A DNA stretch of 49,051 bases from assembly GCA_014379205.1 (NCBI GenBank), contig JACMME010000147.1, positions 1-49,051 on the forward strand, read 5' to 3'. The notes under the pieces were generated by a model. The model saw nothing but the letters and a program-made list of their open reading frames with translations. It was not told where the DNA came from and did no database searches. Positions 9,426-18,233 of this stretch are shown here, piece after piece. How positions within the stretch are numbered: the stretch's first letter is position 1; the number at the start of each line of letters is the position of its first letter. Position numbers and translations under genes: made by a program. Origin of the DNA: Gemmatimonadaceae bacterium. GTDB lineage: Bacteria; Gemmatimonadota; Gemmatimonadetes; Gemmatimonadales; Gemmatimonadaceae.

Positions 9426-11092
9426 TGTCTTACGCCGCCATCGCGCTGCAACTCGAATTCGACGGCAATTCGATCAACATAGGCTTTATTGCCGCAGCAC
9501 TCGTCCTCGTGCTCGTGGGCGGTCTCGTCATGCTGTTCGTGACGCGGTACAAACGCTGCCCTGCGAATAAGGTGCTCGTCATCTCCGGTAACGTGGGCGG
9601 CCAGAACGCAGCGCGCTGCATCTCGGGCGGGGGCGCGTTCATCTGGCCTGTAATCCAGGAGTACGCCTATCTGAGTCTCGAGCCAACCCAGATCGACATC
9701 CCGCTGCGAGACGCCCTGTCGTTCGAGAACATTCGCGTAGCGGTTCCGAGCGTCTTCACAGTAGCCATCGGCACGGACGAAGAGGCGCGGCAGAACGCGG
9801 CAATGCGTCTGCTGAATCTCGATGCCGCTCAGATCAAGCGTCAGGCGCAGGACATCATCTTCGGGCAGCTGCGCCAGGTGATCGCGTCGATGCGAATCGA
9901 GGAGATCAACCGCGACCGTGATGCGTTTCTGCACAAGGTGCAGATGTCGCTGGAGCCGGAGCTCAAGAAGATCGGACTGGTGCTCATAAACGTGAACATT
10001 ACCGACCTGAAAGACGAATCCGGCTATATCGAGGCAATTGGCCGAAAGGCGGCGTCACAGGCTGTGCAACAGGCCCGCGGTGACGTGGCCGAGCAGGAAA
10101 AGCTGGGCGAAGTACGCGTCGCCGAGGCGGAGCGTGAGAGGGAGATTCAGGTAGCCAACGCGGGCAAGGATCGTGAGATCGGTCTCGCGCTGGCGACGAG
10201 AGAGCGCGCTGTTCGCATCGCGGAGCTGGAGAAAGAGCGCCAGGTGGGTGAGCAGACAGCTGCCTTCCTGCGCGACATCGCGGTCAAGGATGCGGAGCAG
10301 CAGAAGCGCATCGCTGTCGCTCAGGCGGACTCGAAGGCCATTGCGGGTGAGTCGGAGTCGCAGGCGGAAATCGCGATCACGCAGTCCCAGCTTCAGGTGA
10401 AGCAAGCCGAGGCGTTCCAGCGTGCCGAAACGGCTCGTCGGGAAGCGGAGGCGGGGGTGCAGGAGGCGCAGAACAGAGCCCAGGCCAAAGCCGCGCTCGC
10501 GCAGGCGGAGCGAGTAGAAGCTGAGCAACGCGCGGCACTCGAGGCGCCAGCCAAGGCGGAGAAAGCGCGCAAGATCGTTGACGCGGAAGCAGCAGCCGCG
10601 CAAGTCAAGCTCGGCGCGGCTGCAGAGGCAGATGCGATCCGGCTAAAACTCGAGGCGCAGGCTCAAGGCGAGGCTGCAATCATTCAGCGACGGGCAGAGG
10701 CACTCGGAACACTGGTCAAGCAGGCGGGCGGGTCCAAGGAGGCATTCATGCTTCTGATGGCGGAGCATGTTCCGCAGCTCGCGGAGACCGCAGCGAAAGC
10801 GATCTCGAATATCAAGTTCGACAAAGTCGTGGTGTGGGAAGGGGGCAGCAGTGCCGGGAATGGGGTCGGCGCATCGGCTGGATTCGTTCAGAGTATGGCG
10901 AGATCGCTTCCACCCATGATGCACGTTCTTCGCGACATTGCAGGTGTGGAGCTGCCGAGTTTTCTGGGAACGCTGCAGCCGGACGAGACGGCGGGGACGC
11001 GGGAAGACGGTGGTGCGCTACCGGCTCCCAGCGAAGATGGAGGTACGGAGGCCACGCCTGAGCGAACGGGGAGGTTGAAGAAAAAGGAGTAA
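9422..11092 (+). CDS. Flotillin (SPFH/band-7 family, FloT-like).
   Basis: An N-terminal TM helix is followed by an SPFH domain (KVLVISGN, IFGQLRQVIASMRIEEINRDRDAF) and then a long A/E/Q-rich coiled-coil region, which is the typical flotillin architecture. Confidence 0.8.
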   Translation: MMSYAAIALQLEFDGNSINIGFIAAALVLVLVGGLVMLFVTRYKRCPANKVLVISGNVGGQNAARCISGGGAFIWPVIQEYAYLSLEPTQIDIPLRDALSFENIRVAVPSVFTVAIGTDEEARQNAAMRLLNLDAAQIKRQAQDIIFGQLRQVIASMRIEEINRDRDAFLHKVQMSLEPELKKIGLVLINVNITDLKDESGYIEAIGRKAASQAVQQARGDVAEQEKLGEVRVAEAEREREIQVANAGKDREIGLALATRERAVRIAELEKERQVGEQTAAFLRDIAVKDAEQQKRIAVAQADSKAIAGESESQAEIAITQSQLQVKQAEAFQRAETARREAEAGVQEAQNRAQAKAALAQAERVEAEQRAALEAPAKAEKARKIVDAEAAAAQVKLGAAAEADAIRLKLEAQAQGEAAIIQRRAEALGTLVKQAGGSKEAFMLLMAEHVPQLAETAAKAISNIKFDKVVVWEGGSSAGNGVGASAGFVQSMARSLPPMMHVLRDIAGVELPSFLGTLQPDETAGTREDGGALPAPSEDGGTEATPERTGRLKKKE

Positions 11093-11096
11093 GGTT

Positions 11097-12464
11097 TTAC
11101 TCGCTCGCTGGTATGACTCCACTCCTGCGTCCTTTTGCGCGCCAGAAAAAGTACGCGGGTACTCCAATCGCAACCGCGCCCAACCCGATCAGCGCTCGAC
11201 CCGGTTGCGTCATTAGAGTGTTTAGAACGATCGCAGCCGCGGACGCGACGAACAGGATGGGTGTAATCGGGTAGCCGGGTACGCTGAACGGCCGCGCGGC
11301 GTTCGGTGCTTTTCTCCTGTAGCTGAAAATTGCCAGCGCACCGAGACCATAAAATATCCATCCTGCGAAAACCACGTACGTGAGGAGCTGCTCGAACGTT
11401 CCGGAGATCGCGAGCAATATCGCCCAAGCCGATCCGGCGACGATTGCGAAAGCGGGCGTACCGAAGCGCGGATGTACTTCCGCCAGCTTGCCAAAGAACA
11501 AACCGTCGCGAGCCATGGAGTAGTACAGGCGGGGAGCGGTTAGTACGAGCCCGTTCGCCGCGCTGAACATCGAGATAAGTATGATGCCGGCGATAATCTT
11601 GCCGGCGGCCGGGCCCATGATGACGGTAACAGATTGTGCCGCAATGCGCTGGCTCTGTGCTGCGGCATCAGGGCCGAGCGCGGATATGTAGCCGACGTTC
11701 GCGAGGAGGTAAATGCCGATCAACAGCGCTGTTCCAATGGTTATGCCGAGAGGAAATGTTCGACGGGGATCGCGAGTTTCACCGGCGGAGAAAGTCACAT
11801 ACTGCCATCCTTCATATGCCCAGAGCACGCCGATCATCGCGAGTCCGACGCCGGACATCAGCGAAGACTCGACCCGCGCAGGCCACCATTGAGGGTCGCC
11901 GGAACTAAAGCCGGTGCCGCGCGAGATGAGCACAATGCTGATCAGTACAATCGCCAGAGACTTGATCGCGGTAGTCCAACCTTGCACCCCGGCACTCTTG
12001 CGTGTGCCCAGGACGTTGATCAGGGTGACGACTGCGATCATGACCACAGCGATGCCGCGAGACATTCCCCGCGATAGCGTCGTGAACTCCCCGAGATAAC
12101 CAGTGAAGGCGACAGCGAGCGTTGCGAGAGAGCCGCTGCTGATTACGAAAAACATCGTCCAGCCAAAGAGAAATGCCAGCATGGGACCGAATGCATCGCG
12201 GATGTAACTGTAGAGTCCGCCGGCGTTCGGGTTTGCCGCACCCATCTCGCCGTAAGTCAGAGCGCCAAGTAGTGAGAGTATGCCGGCTATGAGCCAGACC
12301 AGAAGGGCCGGGCCGATCTCTCCGCCGGTCTGGGCGAGAACCGAGGCTGGTACGATGAAGATCCCTGAGCCGATGACGGTACCGACGACGATGAGAATGA
12401 GGTCGCGGAGATTCAGGGTGCGCGAAAGTGCGGCGCTGGGAACGGGGGCGGGGGATGATGACAA
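11097..12464 (-). CDS. APC-superfamily amino acid permease.
   Basis: The protein has 12 predicted TM helices. The APC signature near the N-terminus is present (LNLRDLILIVVGTVIGSGIFIVPA). The start appears to be TTG (ttg tca tca tcc = M S S S). Confidence 0.8.
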   Translation of the reverse strand: MSSSPAPVPSAALSRTLNLRDLILIVVGTVIGSGIFIVPASVLAQTGGEIGPALLVWLIAGILSLLGALTYGEMGAANPNAGGLYSYIRDAFGPMLAFLFGWTMFFVISSGSLATLAVAFTGYLGEFTTLSRGMSRGIAVVMIAVVTLINVLGTRKSAGVQGWTTAIKSLAIVLISIVLISRGTGFSSGDPQWWPARVESSLMSGVGLAMIGVLWAYEGWQYVTFSAGETRDPRRTFPLGITIGTALLIGIYLLANVGYISALGPDAAAQSQRIAAQSVTVIMGPAAGKIIAGIILISMFSAANGLVLTAPRLYYSMARDGLFFGKLAEVHPRFGTPAFAIVAGSAWAILLAISGTFEQLLTYVVFAGWIFYGLGALAIFSYRRKAPNAARPFSVPGYPITPILFVASAAAIVLNTLMTQPGRALIGLGAVAIGVPAYFFWRAKGRRSGVIPASE

Positions 12465-12552
12465 AATGTCGAGGGTTAGGGCTGGGGAGCGCGGGAGTGG
12501 TCGGTAAGACTGATATGGAAGTGCTTAGAGGGAAAGTGCCGGTTCGGTTGTC

Positions 12553-12640
12553 GATTCAAAGAAGCTGTGCCAGTGCCAGTGCCAGTAACAGTGGCCAGTG
12601 TCAGTCTCAGTTGCCAGTCTCAGTGGCCAGTATGCGAAGT
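12553..12640. repeat. Tandem hexamer/heptamer array with the unit TGCCAG(T).
   Basis: The sequence gtgccagtgccagtgccagtaacagtggccagtgtcagtctcagttgccagtctcagtggccag lies in the 430-bp region upstream of the permease gene. Confidence 0.5.
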
Positions 12641-12894
12641 GGTCATCGCTACCGATGGCTGAGTTTTCTCGGCTTTCCGATTTTCGTCTGTGCTTCTCTC
12701 CGAATTACCGAATGGGGAGATTGCTTCGCCGTTGCGCGGCTCGCAATGACTGAGCTGCCGGCTAGCCCAAAACCCTTGTCATTGCGAGGACATGCAGTGT
12801 CCGAGGCAATCTCGGTTCAATCTTTCTGCTTTCCGCGTTGCGCGGACCGGATCGCGTCCTGCCCACGCGCTCGCGGCTCTTCAGCTTCCCGTAC

Positions 12895-14103
12895 TCAAGC
12901 CCTCGCCAGCGCTTGAGAAGCTACTCTCGCGGTCTCCGCCAGAACCGCTGCACCTACGAATATGCTTTCGTCGGCAGCGTAGAAGCGGGGCGTATGTGCT
13001 GGGATGGTTTCACCACCGTTCTCGCGTGCACCAATTCTGAGAAAGCAACCCGGAATGCGCTCGAGGTAATGAGCGAAGTCTTCGCCCGCGAGGTTCAGGA
13101 AGCCGAGCGGTACGACGGCGTCCTCGCCGAGGAGGGTGACTGCCGCGTCGCGGGCCCAGCGAGTCGCGTCGGGTGGATTTACGATGGGCGGTGTGCCGGG
13201 CTCGAGCATGATGCGGGCGTGGAGCCGATGCGTTGCCGCAACTCCATCCGCGATTCGTCGCAGCTCTTCCTCCAATAGTCGACGGGTGTCGGAGTCTGTG
13301 GCTCGTAGCGTGCCCGATATCGTTGCGCGACCCGGAATGATGTTCGGCGCCGTGCCCGCCTGTACCGTCCCGATGGTAACGACCGCCGCGTGCGCAGGGT
13401 TTACCCTTCGGGACACAATCGTCTGCAATGCGCTTATGAGAGCTCCGAGGCCGACGATGGGGTCGGCGCTTTCATGCGGACGAGCGGCATGGGCGCCGCT
13501 GCCCTCGAGCTCGATGATAAAATTGTCGGCCGATGCCGCAAGCGGTCCGGTTTGCGCGACCACCTGGCCAATCGGGAACCGGCGGTCGACATGGGCGCCG
13601 AAGATCGCCTTAACGCCGTCCAGTGCACCAGTCGCCAACACTGCGCGGGCGCCCTGTCCAGTCTCTTCCGATGGCTGGAGCACGATGAGCACGTCGCCGT
13701 GAGCAGGCGATTCCGCGAGAAGGTGGGCGGCTCCTACGGCCCACGATGCATGCACGTCGTGGCCGCACGCGTGCATCACGCCGGGATTCTCGGAAGCAAA
13801 TTCCAGCCCCGTATCCTCCTGAATCGGCAAGGCATCGATGTCTCCCCGAATGGCTACGGTTGGAGCGTGCGAGTCACGTCCCCGGATCCGCGCGACAACT
13901 CCGGTTGCCGCGACCCGGCGAAGCTCGGCCGGAGCGAGCGGTGAAAGTGCATCAGTGAGTCGCGTGGCGGTCTGGTCTTCATGTCCGGACAGTTCCGGAT
14001 GGCGGTGCAATTGACGGCGAAGGGCAATCAACGCCAACCGAAGCGAAGCCGGGAATTGTCGCTCGATTGCGGCGGGAAGTTGCAGCGAACCGTGGTGAAT
14101 CAA
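12895..14103 (-). CDS. M20D-family amidohydrolase (aminoacylase or N-acyl-L-amino acid amidohydrolase type).
   Basis: The HACGHDVH metal-binding motif is present and the length and motif spacing fit M20D. The apparent TTG start overlaps the stop of the upstream gene (TTGA). Confidence 0.75.
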   Translation of the reverse strand: MIHHGSLQLPAAIERQFPASLRLALIALRRQLHRHPELSGHEDQTATRLTDALSPLAPAELRRVAATGVVARIRGRDSHAPTVAIRGDIDALPIQEDTGLEFASENPGVMHACGHDVHASWAVGAAHLLAESPAHGDVLIVLQPSEETGQGARAVLATGALDGVKAIFGAHVDRRFPIGQVVAQTGPLAASADNFIIELEGSGAHAARPHESADPIVGLGALISALQTIVSRRVNPAHAAVVTIGTVQAGTAPNIIPGRATISGTLRATDSDTRRLLEEELRRIADGVAATHRLHARIMLEPGTPPIVNPPDATRWARDAAVTLLGEDAVVPLGFLNLAGEDFAHYLERIPGCFLRIGARENGGETIPAHTPRFYAADESIFVGAAVLAETARVASQALARA

Positions 14104-15227
14104 GACGCTACGACTTCGGCGCGAATGGTCAGATCATCGATTCGACCCATATCGACGGTTACACCAATGCCAGGCGCATCCCTTGGTACGCGCACCATTC
14201 CTTCGGCATCCATGGTCCACTCAGGCGTCACGACGTCGCGCTCCCAGTATCGGGAGCTGGGCGACAGATCACCCGGGAGTGTAAAGTTGGGGAGTGAAGC
14301 GAGCGCCACATTGTGGGCGCGGCCGATTCCGCTCTCGAGCATACCGCCGCACCAAACGGGGATTCCGCTCCGCTGGCAAAGATCGTGAATAGCCATCGAC
14401 TGTGTGAACCCGCCTACGCGGCCCGGCTTGATGTTTATGATGCGGCCGGAACGAAGCGTAATCATGTCCTCCGCGCGCTGCACATCGGTTATGGATTCGT
14501 CCAGGCAGACCGGCGTTTCGAGGCGCGCCTGCAAGGTTGCATGCCGCACAAGATCGTCCTGGCCGAGTGGTTGCTCGATCATGAGAAGCTTGAACGCATC
14601 GAGCTGCGCCAGATGGTCCAGGTCCTGAATGGTGTACGCCGAGTTGGCGTCAGCCATGATGCTGGCATCGGCTCCAAGGTCCTCGCGCACAGCGCGCACA
14701 AAGTCGATATCGGATCCAGGCATGATCTTGAGCTTTATCTTGCGGTATCCGTCGGCGCGCGCGCGGCGAGCTCGCTGTACGAGCTCATCAGGCGTTTGCT
14801 GAATACCCAGCGAGATTCCTGTGACGACGCGCTCGCGCGTTCCGCCAAGTCGTTCCGCCAATGCGATACCATGCAGCCTGGCGTCAAGCTCCCAAAACCC
14901 CATCTCGATCGCGGCTTTTGCCATATTGTGACCGCGTACGCCGCTAGAGAGAGCGGCAAAGACTTCCTTGGGATGCTGGAAGGTGTGATTCAGAGCGCGC
15001 GGGGCGAGCCAACGGGTAATGGCCAGCCAAGCAGTGTCGATCGTTTCGGAGGTGTAGTTAGGAGTTTCTCCAGCCACGCATTCCGACCACGAGGAAATGC
15101 CATCCGCATGCCGCAACTCCACAAGACAGATACGGCGTTCAGAAACCACTCCGGACGAAATTCGAAAGGGCTCCTTTAGCGGGAGGCGGATTTCGCGAAG
15201 TGTGAGTTGGGTGGCACGCAGCGTCAT
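14100..15227 (-). CDS. Enolase-superfamily enzyme of the MLE subgroup, specifically an OSBS/N-succinylamino acid racemase (NSAR/NAAAR)-like protein.
   Basis: I place the start at the internal ATG (MTLRATQ), which overlaps the GNAT stop as ATGA. The KxK motif (YRKIKLKIMPG), the metal ligands DANSAY, MIEQP and CLDES, and the second catalytic Lys (INIKPGRVGG) are all present. Confidence 0.75.
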   Translation of the reverse strand: MTLRATQLTLREIRLPLKEPFRISSGVVSERRICLVELRHADGISSWSECVAGETPNYTSETIDTAWLAITRWLAPRALNHTFQHPKEVFAALSSGVRGHNMAKAAIEMGFWELDARLHGIALAERLGGTRERVVTGISLGIQQTPDELVQRARRARADGYRKIKLKIMPGSDIDFVRAVREDLGADASIMADANSAYTIQDLDHLAQLDAFKLLMIEQPLGQDDLVRHATLQARLETPVCLDESITDVQRAEDMITLRSGRIINIKPGRVGGFTQSMAIHDLCQRSGIPVWCGGMLESGIGRAHNVALASLPNFTLPGDLSPSSRYWERDVVTPEWTMDAEGMVRVPRDAPGIGVTVDMGRIDDLTIRAEVVAS

Positions 15228-16105
15228 CTGTGGGGAGTGGGGGGTAGGGGATGGGGCGTGCCGCTTGCGGAGGAATCGTGATTTCGCTTCAGAACATAGT
15301 AACCCGCCGCGGCCGTGCGGTCGGGGTAGAAGCCTGCAATTTCGTAGCCTGCGGAGAGCGCAACGAGAAAGGCATTCCTGGAGCATTCGCGCCAGGTTCC
15401 CGCACTTTCCAGGGATTCTGCCTGTACCAGTTGAATATCGAGCGGGATTTGAATCCGGGCCAGTCGCGGCGCTTCGGAACCGGAAAGCATCGATCCGCAA
15501 TCCGCTATCGGCGATCCTTCCTCGTTGATGACAAGTGCCGTCTCAACGCCTTGCAGCCTACGTCGCGGATCTCGCTCCAGAGAAGTCGCTTGATCCAGGT
15601 CGTCGATGTCCCACGCGACGATCAGCCGGTCGGTTCCCACTCCTCGGTGCAGAACGCTGTCGGTTTCCGCGCCGTACATGTCGCGCACGTATTCTACGGC
15701 TCGCACGCCTAGCGTGGTAAAGTTGAGGTTGGCGTTCTTGGCCACCAGTGGATCAAAAGTCCAGTAGATGACCGATACGCCAAGTGCTCTGACAGCATCC
15801 CGCTGGTACTGCTTGAGGCGTTTGCCAAGTCCGGCGTCGCGCACCTCCGGTCGAACGGCGAGCATGTCGGACCAGTGCACGAGGCGGCCGTTCTCGACAC
15901 CGGTCATTCCGAATACGAAGCCCACGAGCCGGTCGTCCGCATCGAATGCTCCTGCCGTCACCCCACCAATGCGCTGCGAGACCTTGAGGATCGCTGTGGG
16001 GACCCTCTCACTGAAGTGCGAGCCCCAGGTTTCATCCTGGAGGGCGACACAGGCGAGGTATTCCTTGTGTGTGCGAAGCGGGCGGATTGTGAAGGCGTCG
16101 GTCAC
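15224..16105 (-). CDS. GNAT-family acyltransferase carrying an extra C-terminal domain of about 130 aa.
   Basis: The GNAT core shows motif A (RDAGLGKRL). The GTG start lies 2 nt after the kinase stop, with GGTGA about 8 nt upstream. Confidence 0.55.
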   Translation of the reverse strand: MTDAFTIRPLRTHKEYLACVALQDETWGSHFSERVPTAILKVSQRIGGVTAGAFDADDRLVGFVFGMTGVENGRLVHWSDMLAVRPEVRDAGLGKRLKQYQRDAVRALGVSVIYWTFDPLVAKNANLNFTTLGVRAVEYVRDMYGAETDSVLHRGVGTDRLIVAWDIDDLDQATSLERDPRRRLQGVETALVINEEGSPIADCGSMLSGSEAPRLARIQIPLDIQLVQAESLESAGTWRECSRNAFLVALSAGYEIAGFYPDRTAAAGYYVLKRNHDSSASGTPHPLPPTPHR

Positions 16106-16107
16106 GA

Positions 16108-17031
16108 TTACGAATCACCAACGGCTGGCCCGCGTCGTCCGTGTGCGCGCAAAGAGCGCGGAGTGATGGCGCGCAGAAGCCGTTGGATCCTGCTCTGCTC
16201 AGGAAGCACCAGGGCGGCGGCGAATTCTTCAGCCGTCGCGAAGCGCCGGGCAGGGTCCTTCTCGAGTGCGGTGTGAATGGCGTCCTCAATGGCGGGGGGA
16301 ACGTCAAGCTCCGGACCATGGATCATTGGCGCTTCGATTGTCATGTGCTGAGCGACCAGCGCCTGCGTTGTCCCTCCGTGAAATGGAGGGGATCCCACGA
16401 GCATCTCGAAGAGTACGCATCCGAGACTGTAGATATCACTTCGACCGTCCAGCTCGCGATCCCCGGCGGCCTGCTCCGGACTCATGTATGTAGGCGTTCC
16501 CACGGATGTGCCGGGATCGGTAAGGCGGGCTCCGCCGGTGGCATGAATGGGACGGGCGATACCGAAATCGGTGATGAGCGCGTGATCTTCGGCGAGCAGG
16601 ATGTTGTCGGGCTTGATGTCTCGATGCACCACATCGTGGGCGTGCGCGTAGTGCAAACCGTCCGCCACTTCTCTTGTGATTGCGAGCGCAGCCTCCAGAG
16701 GAATACGACCGCTTCGATCGAGCCGATCGCGCAGCGACTCTCCTTCAAAGCAGGGCATAATGTAATACAGGGCACCGCCTGCCTCGCCCGAGTCATATAA
16801 AGGCAGGATGTGGGGGTGCTGAAGCTGGGCAAGTATCTTGATCTCGCGAAGGAAGCGTTCGGTGCCCAGGCTGGCGCTTACGGCGGGTCGCAGAACCTTT
16901 AGTGCCAGAGCGCGGTCGTGCTTGAGGTCGTGGACGAGGTATACCGTCGCGGCGGCGCCTCGTCCGATCTCGCGCTCGATCCGGTATTCGCCGGCCAACG
17001 CGGTCTTGACGCGCTCGGTGTGTTCGGACAC
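16108..17031 (-). CDS. Hanks-type Ser/Thr protein kinase, catalytic domain only.
   Basis: The conserved kinase motifs are present: glycine loop GRGAAATV, LALK, HRDIKPDN, DFG and SPE. The protein is 307 aa and has no TM, PASTA or other sensor domains. The start is GTG with a C/T-rich upstream region and no SD, so it is possibly leaderless. Confidence 0.8.
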   Translation of the reverse strand: MSEHTERVKTALAGEYRIEREIGRGAAATVYLVHDLKHDRALALKVLRPAVSASLGTERFLREIKILAQLQHPHILPLYDSGEAGGALYYIMPCFEGESLRDRLDRSGRIPLEAALAITREVADGLHYAHAHDVVHRDIKPDNILLAEDHALITDFGIARPIHATGGARLTDPGTSVGTPTYMSPEQAAGDRELDGRSDIYSLGCVLFEMLVGSPPFHGGTTQALVAQHMTIEAPMIHGPELDVPPAIEDAIHTALEKDPARRFATAEEFAAALVLPEQSRIQRLLRAITPRSLRAHGRRGPAVGDS

Positions 17032-17087
17032 AGGGGAGGAGGTGTGGTGACTACGTGAAGATAATTGAATCTGGGGCGTGGGGGGTG

Positions 17088-17157
17088 GGGAGATCGGGAA
17101 TCGGGAATCGGGAATCGGGAATGGGAGATCGGGAATCGGGAATGGGGAGCGCGGAAT
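17088..17157. repeat. Tandem heptamer array with GGGAATC/GGGAGAT units, about 10 copies.
   Basis: The sequence reads gggagat (cgggaat)x4 gggagat (cgggaat)x2 ggggagc gcggaat. It lies in the divergent region between the kinase operon and mutM. Confidence 0.6.
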
Positions 17158-17270
17158 TGAAACGTCTCAACTTGGCTGGGAGGATTCATGCAAGGATGGG
17201 GGGTGGGTGAACGGGAGCCAGAAATACCCAATTTGTTTGCGAGGTCTTGACGCAACTGCACCTCAGTCCG

Positions 17271-17296
17271 TGATTCCCGATTCCCGATTCCCGTGT
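17271..17296. repeat. Inverted partner of the GGGAATC array (GATTCCC x3).
   Basis: The sequence gattcccgattcccgattccc lies about 115 bp downstream of the direct array, immediately upstream of the mutM start. Confidence 0.55.
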
Positions 17297-17303
17297 CTGC
17301 GCC

Positions 17304-18188
17304 ATGCCCGAGTTACCCGACATAGTCGCATATCTCGAGGCCCTCGAGCCGCGAGTGCTTGGACAGCCAATGGAGCGCGTTCGGGTGGCCAAGCCATTCG
17401 TGTTGCGGTCGGTATCGCCGACTTTCGCGGACGTTGAGGGAAGACGCGTCGTCCAGCTTCGGCGCATGGGAAAGCGCATCGTGTTTGGACTTGACGGCGA
17501 CGCTTACATGGTCCTGCATCTCATGATCGCGGGGCGACTTCGCTGGATCGACTCAGGTGGGAAGATACCCGGCAAGATTCTCCTCTGTATCTTCGAGTTT
17601 CCCGCGGGGTGGTTGCTGTTCACCGAAGCCGGTTCCACCCGGCGCGCCTCAATTCACCTGGTTGAAGGGGCGGATGGGTTGCAGCAGTTCGACCGTGGTG
17701 GATTGGAGGTGCTGGATGCAAATCTCGAGTCGTTCGCGGCGCGACTCACCTCGGAGAACCACACTCTCAAACGAGCTTTGACAGATCCCCGTCTTTTCAG
17801 CGGGGTCGGCAATGCGTACTCAGATGAGATTCTGCACCGGGCGCGGCTTTCGCCGGTAACTATTACGAGCCGATTGTCGGAGGGCGAGATCGAGCGGTTG
17901 TATCACGCCACGCGGGAATCACTGACGGAATGGACTGAACGTTTACGTCGCGAAGCGAAGGGTGCGTTTCCCGAGAAAGTAACTGCATTTCGCCCCGAGA
18001 TGGCGGTACATGGGCGCTTCGGACAACCCTGTCCAGTCTGCCAAACCCCGGTGCAGAGGATCGTCTACTCGGCGAACGAGACAAACTACTGCGCACGATG
18101 CCAGACGGGCGGCAAGCTATTGGCAGACCGCGCGCTATCGCGGCTGCTCAGGAAGGACTGGCCGAAATCAATAGATGAGGTGGAGTAG
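17304..18188 (+). CDS. mutM: Formamidopyrimidine-DNA glycosylase (Fpg/MutM; Fpg/Nei family).
   Basis: The N-terminal MPELPDIV carries the catalytic Pro2 and Glu3. The C-terminal zinc finger reads CPVCQTPVQRIVYSANETNYCARCQ. Confidence 0.75.
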   Translation: MPELPDIVAYLEALEPRVLGQPMERVRVAKPFVLRSVSPTFADVEGRRVVQLRRMGKRIVFGLDGDAYMVLHLMIAGRLRWIDSGGKIPGKILLCIFEFPAGWLLFTEAGSTRRASIHLVEGADGLQQFDRGGLEVLDANLESFAARLTSENHTLKRALTDPRLFSGVGNAYSDEILHRARLSPVTITSRLSEGEIERLYHATRESLTEWTERLRREAKGAFPEKVTAFRPEMAVHGRFGQPCPVCQTPVQRIVYSANETNYCARCQTGGKLLADRALSRLLRKDWPKSIDEVE

Positions 18189-18233
18189 ACGCAGAAAGCT
18201 TGCTGAAGGCGATCACAGCGCTCCCGAGCGCTG

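Noticed and set aside
10055-10603. 182-aa antisense ORF inside flotillin.
   Set aside because: It arises from the repetitive GC-rich codons of the A/E/Q-rich coiled-coil. Its translation (LRLRERGFGLGSVLRLLHPRLRF...) is repeat-derived.
12510-12545. tRNA-like T-loop resemblance (ggttcggttgtcgattca).
   Set aside because: No complementary T-stem, acceptor stem or anticodon arm could be built around it.
12780-12812. Imperfect inverted repeat attgcgaggacatgcagtgtccgaggcaat downstream of the M20 operon.
   Set aside because: The stem has several mismatches and no U-tract. It is too weak to call a terminator.
15228-15500. 91-aa N-terminal extension of the racemase ORF.
   Set aside because: It overlaps the GNAT coding region. 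The canonical ATG at 15227 forms an ATGA overlap with the GNAT stop, and the enolase N-terminal domain begins right there.
17078-17437. ORF encoding GIGNRESGIGNGRSGIGNGERG.
   Set aside because: It is a direct translation of the GGGAATC heptamer array and overlaps the mutM start, so it is not a gene.
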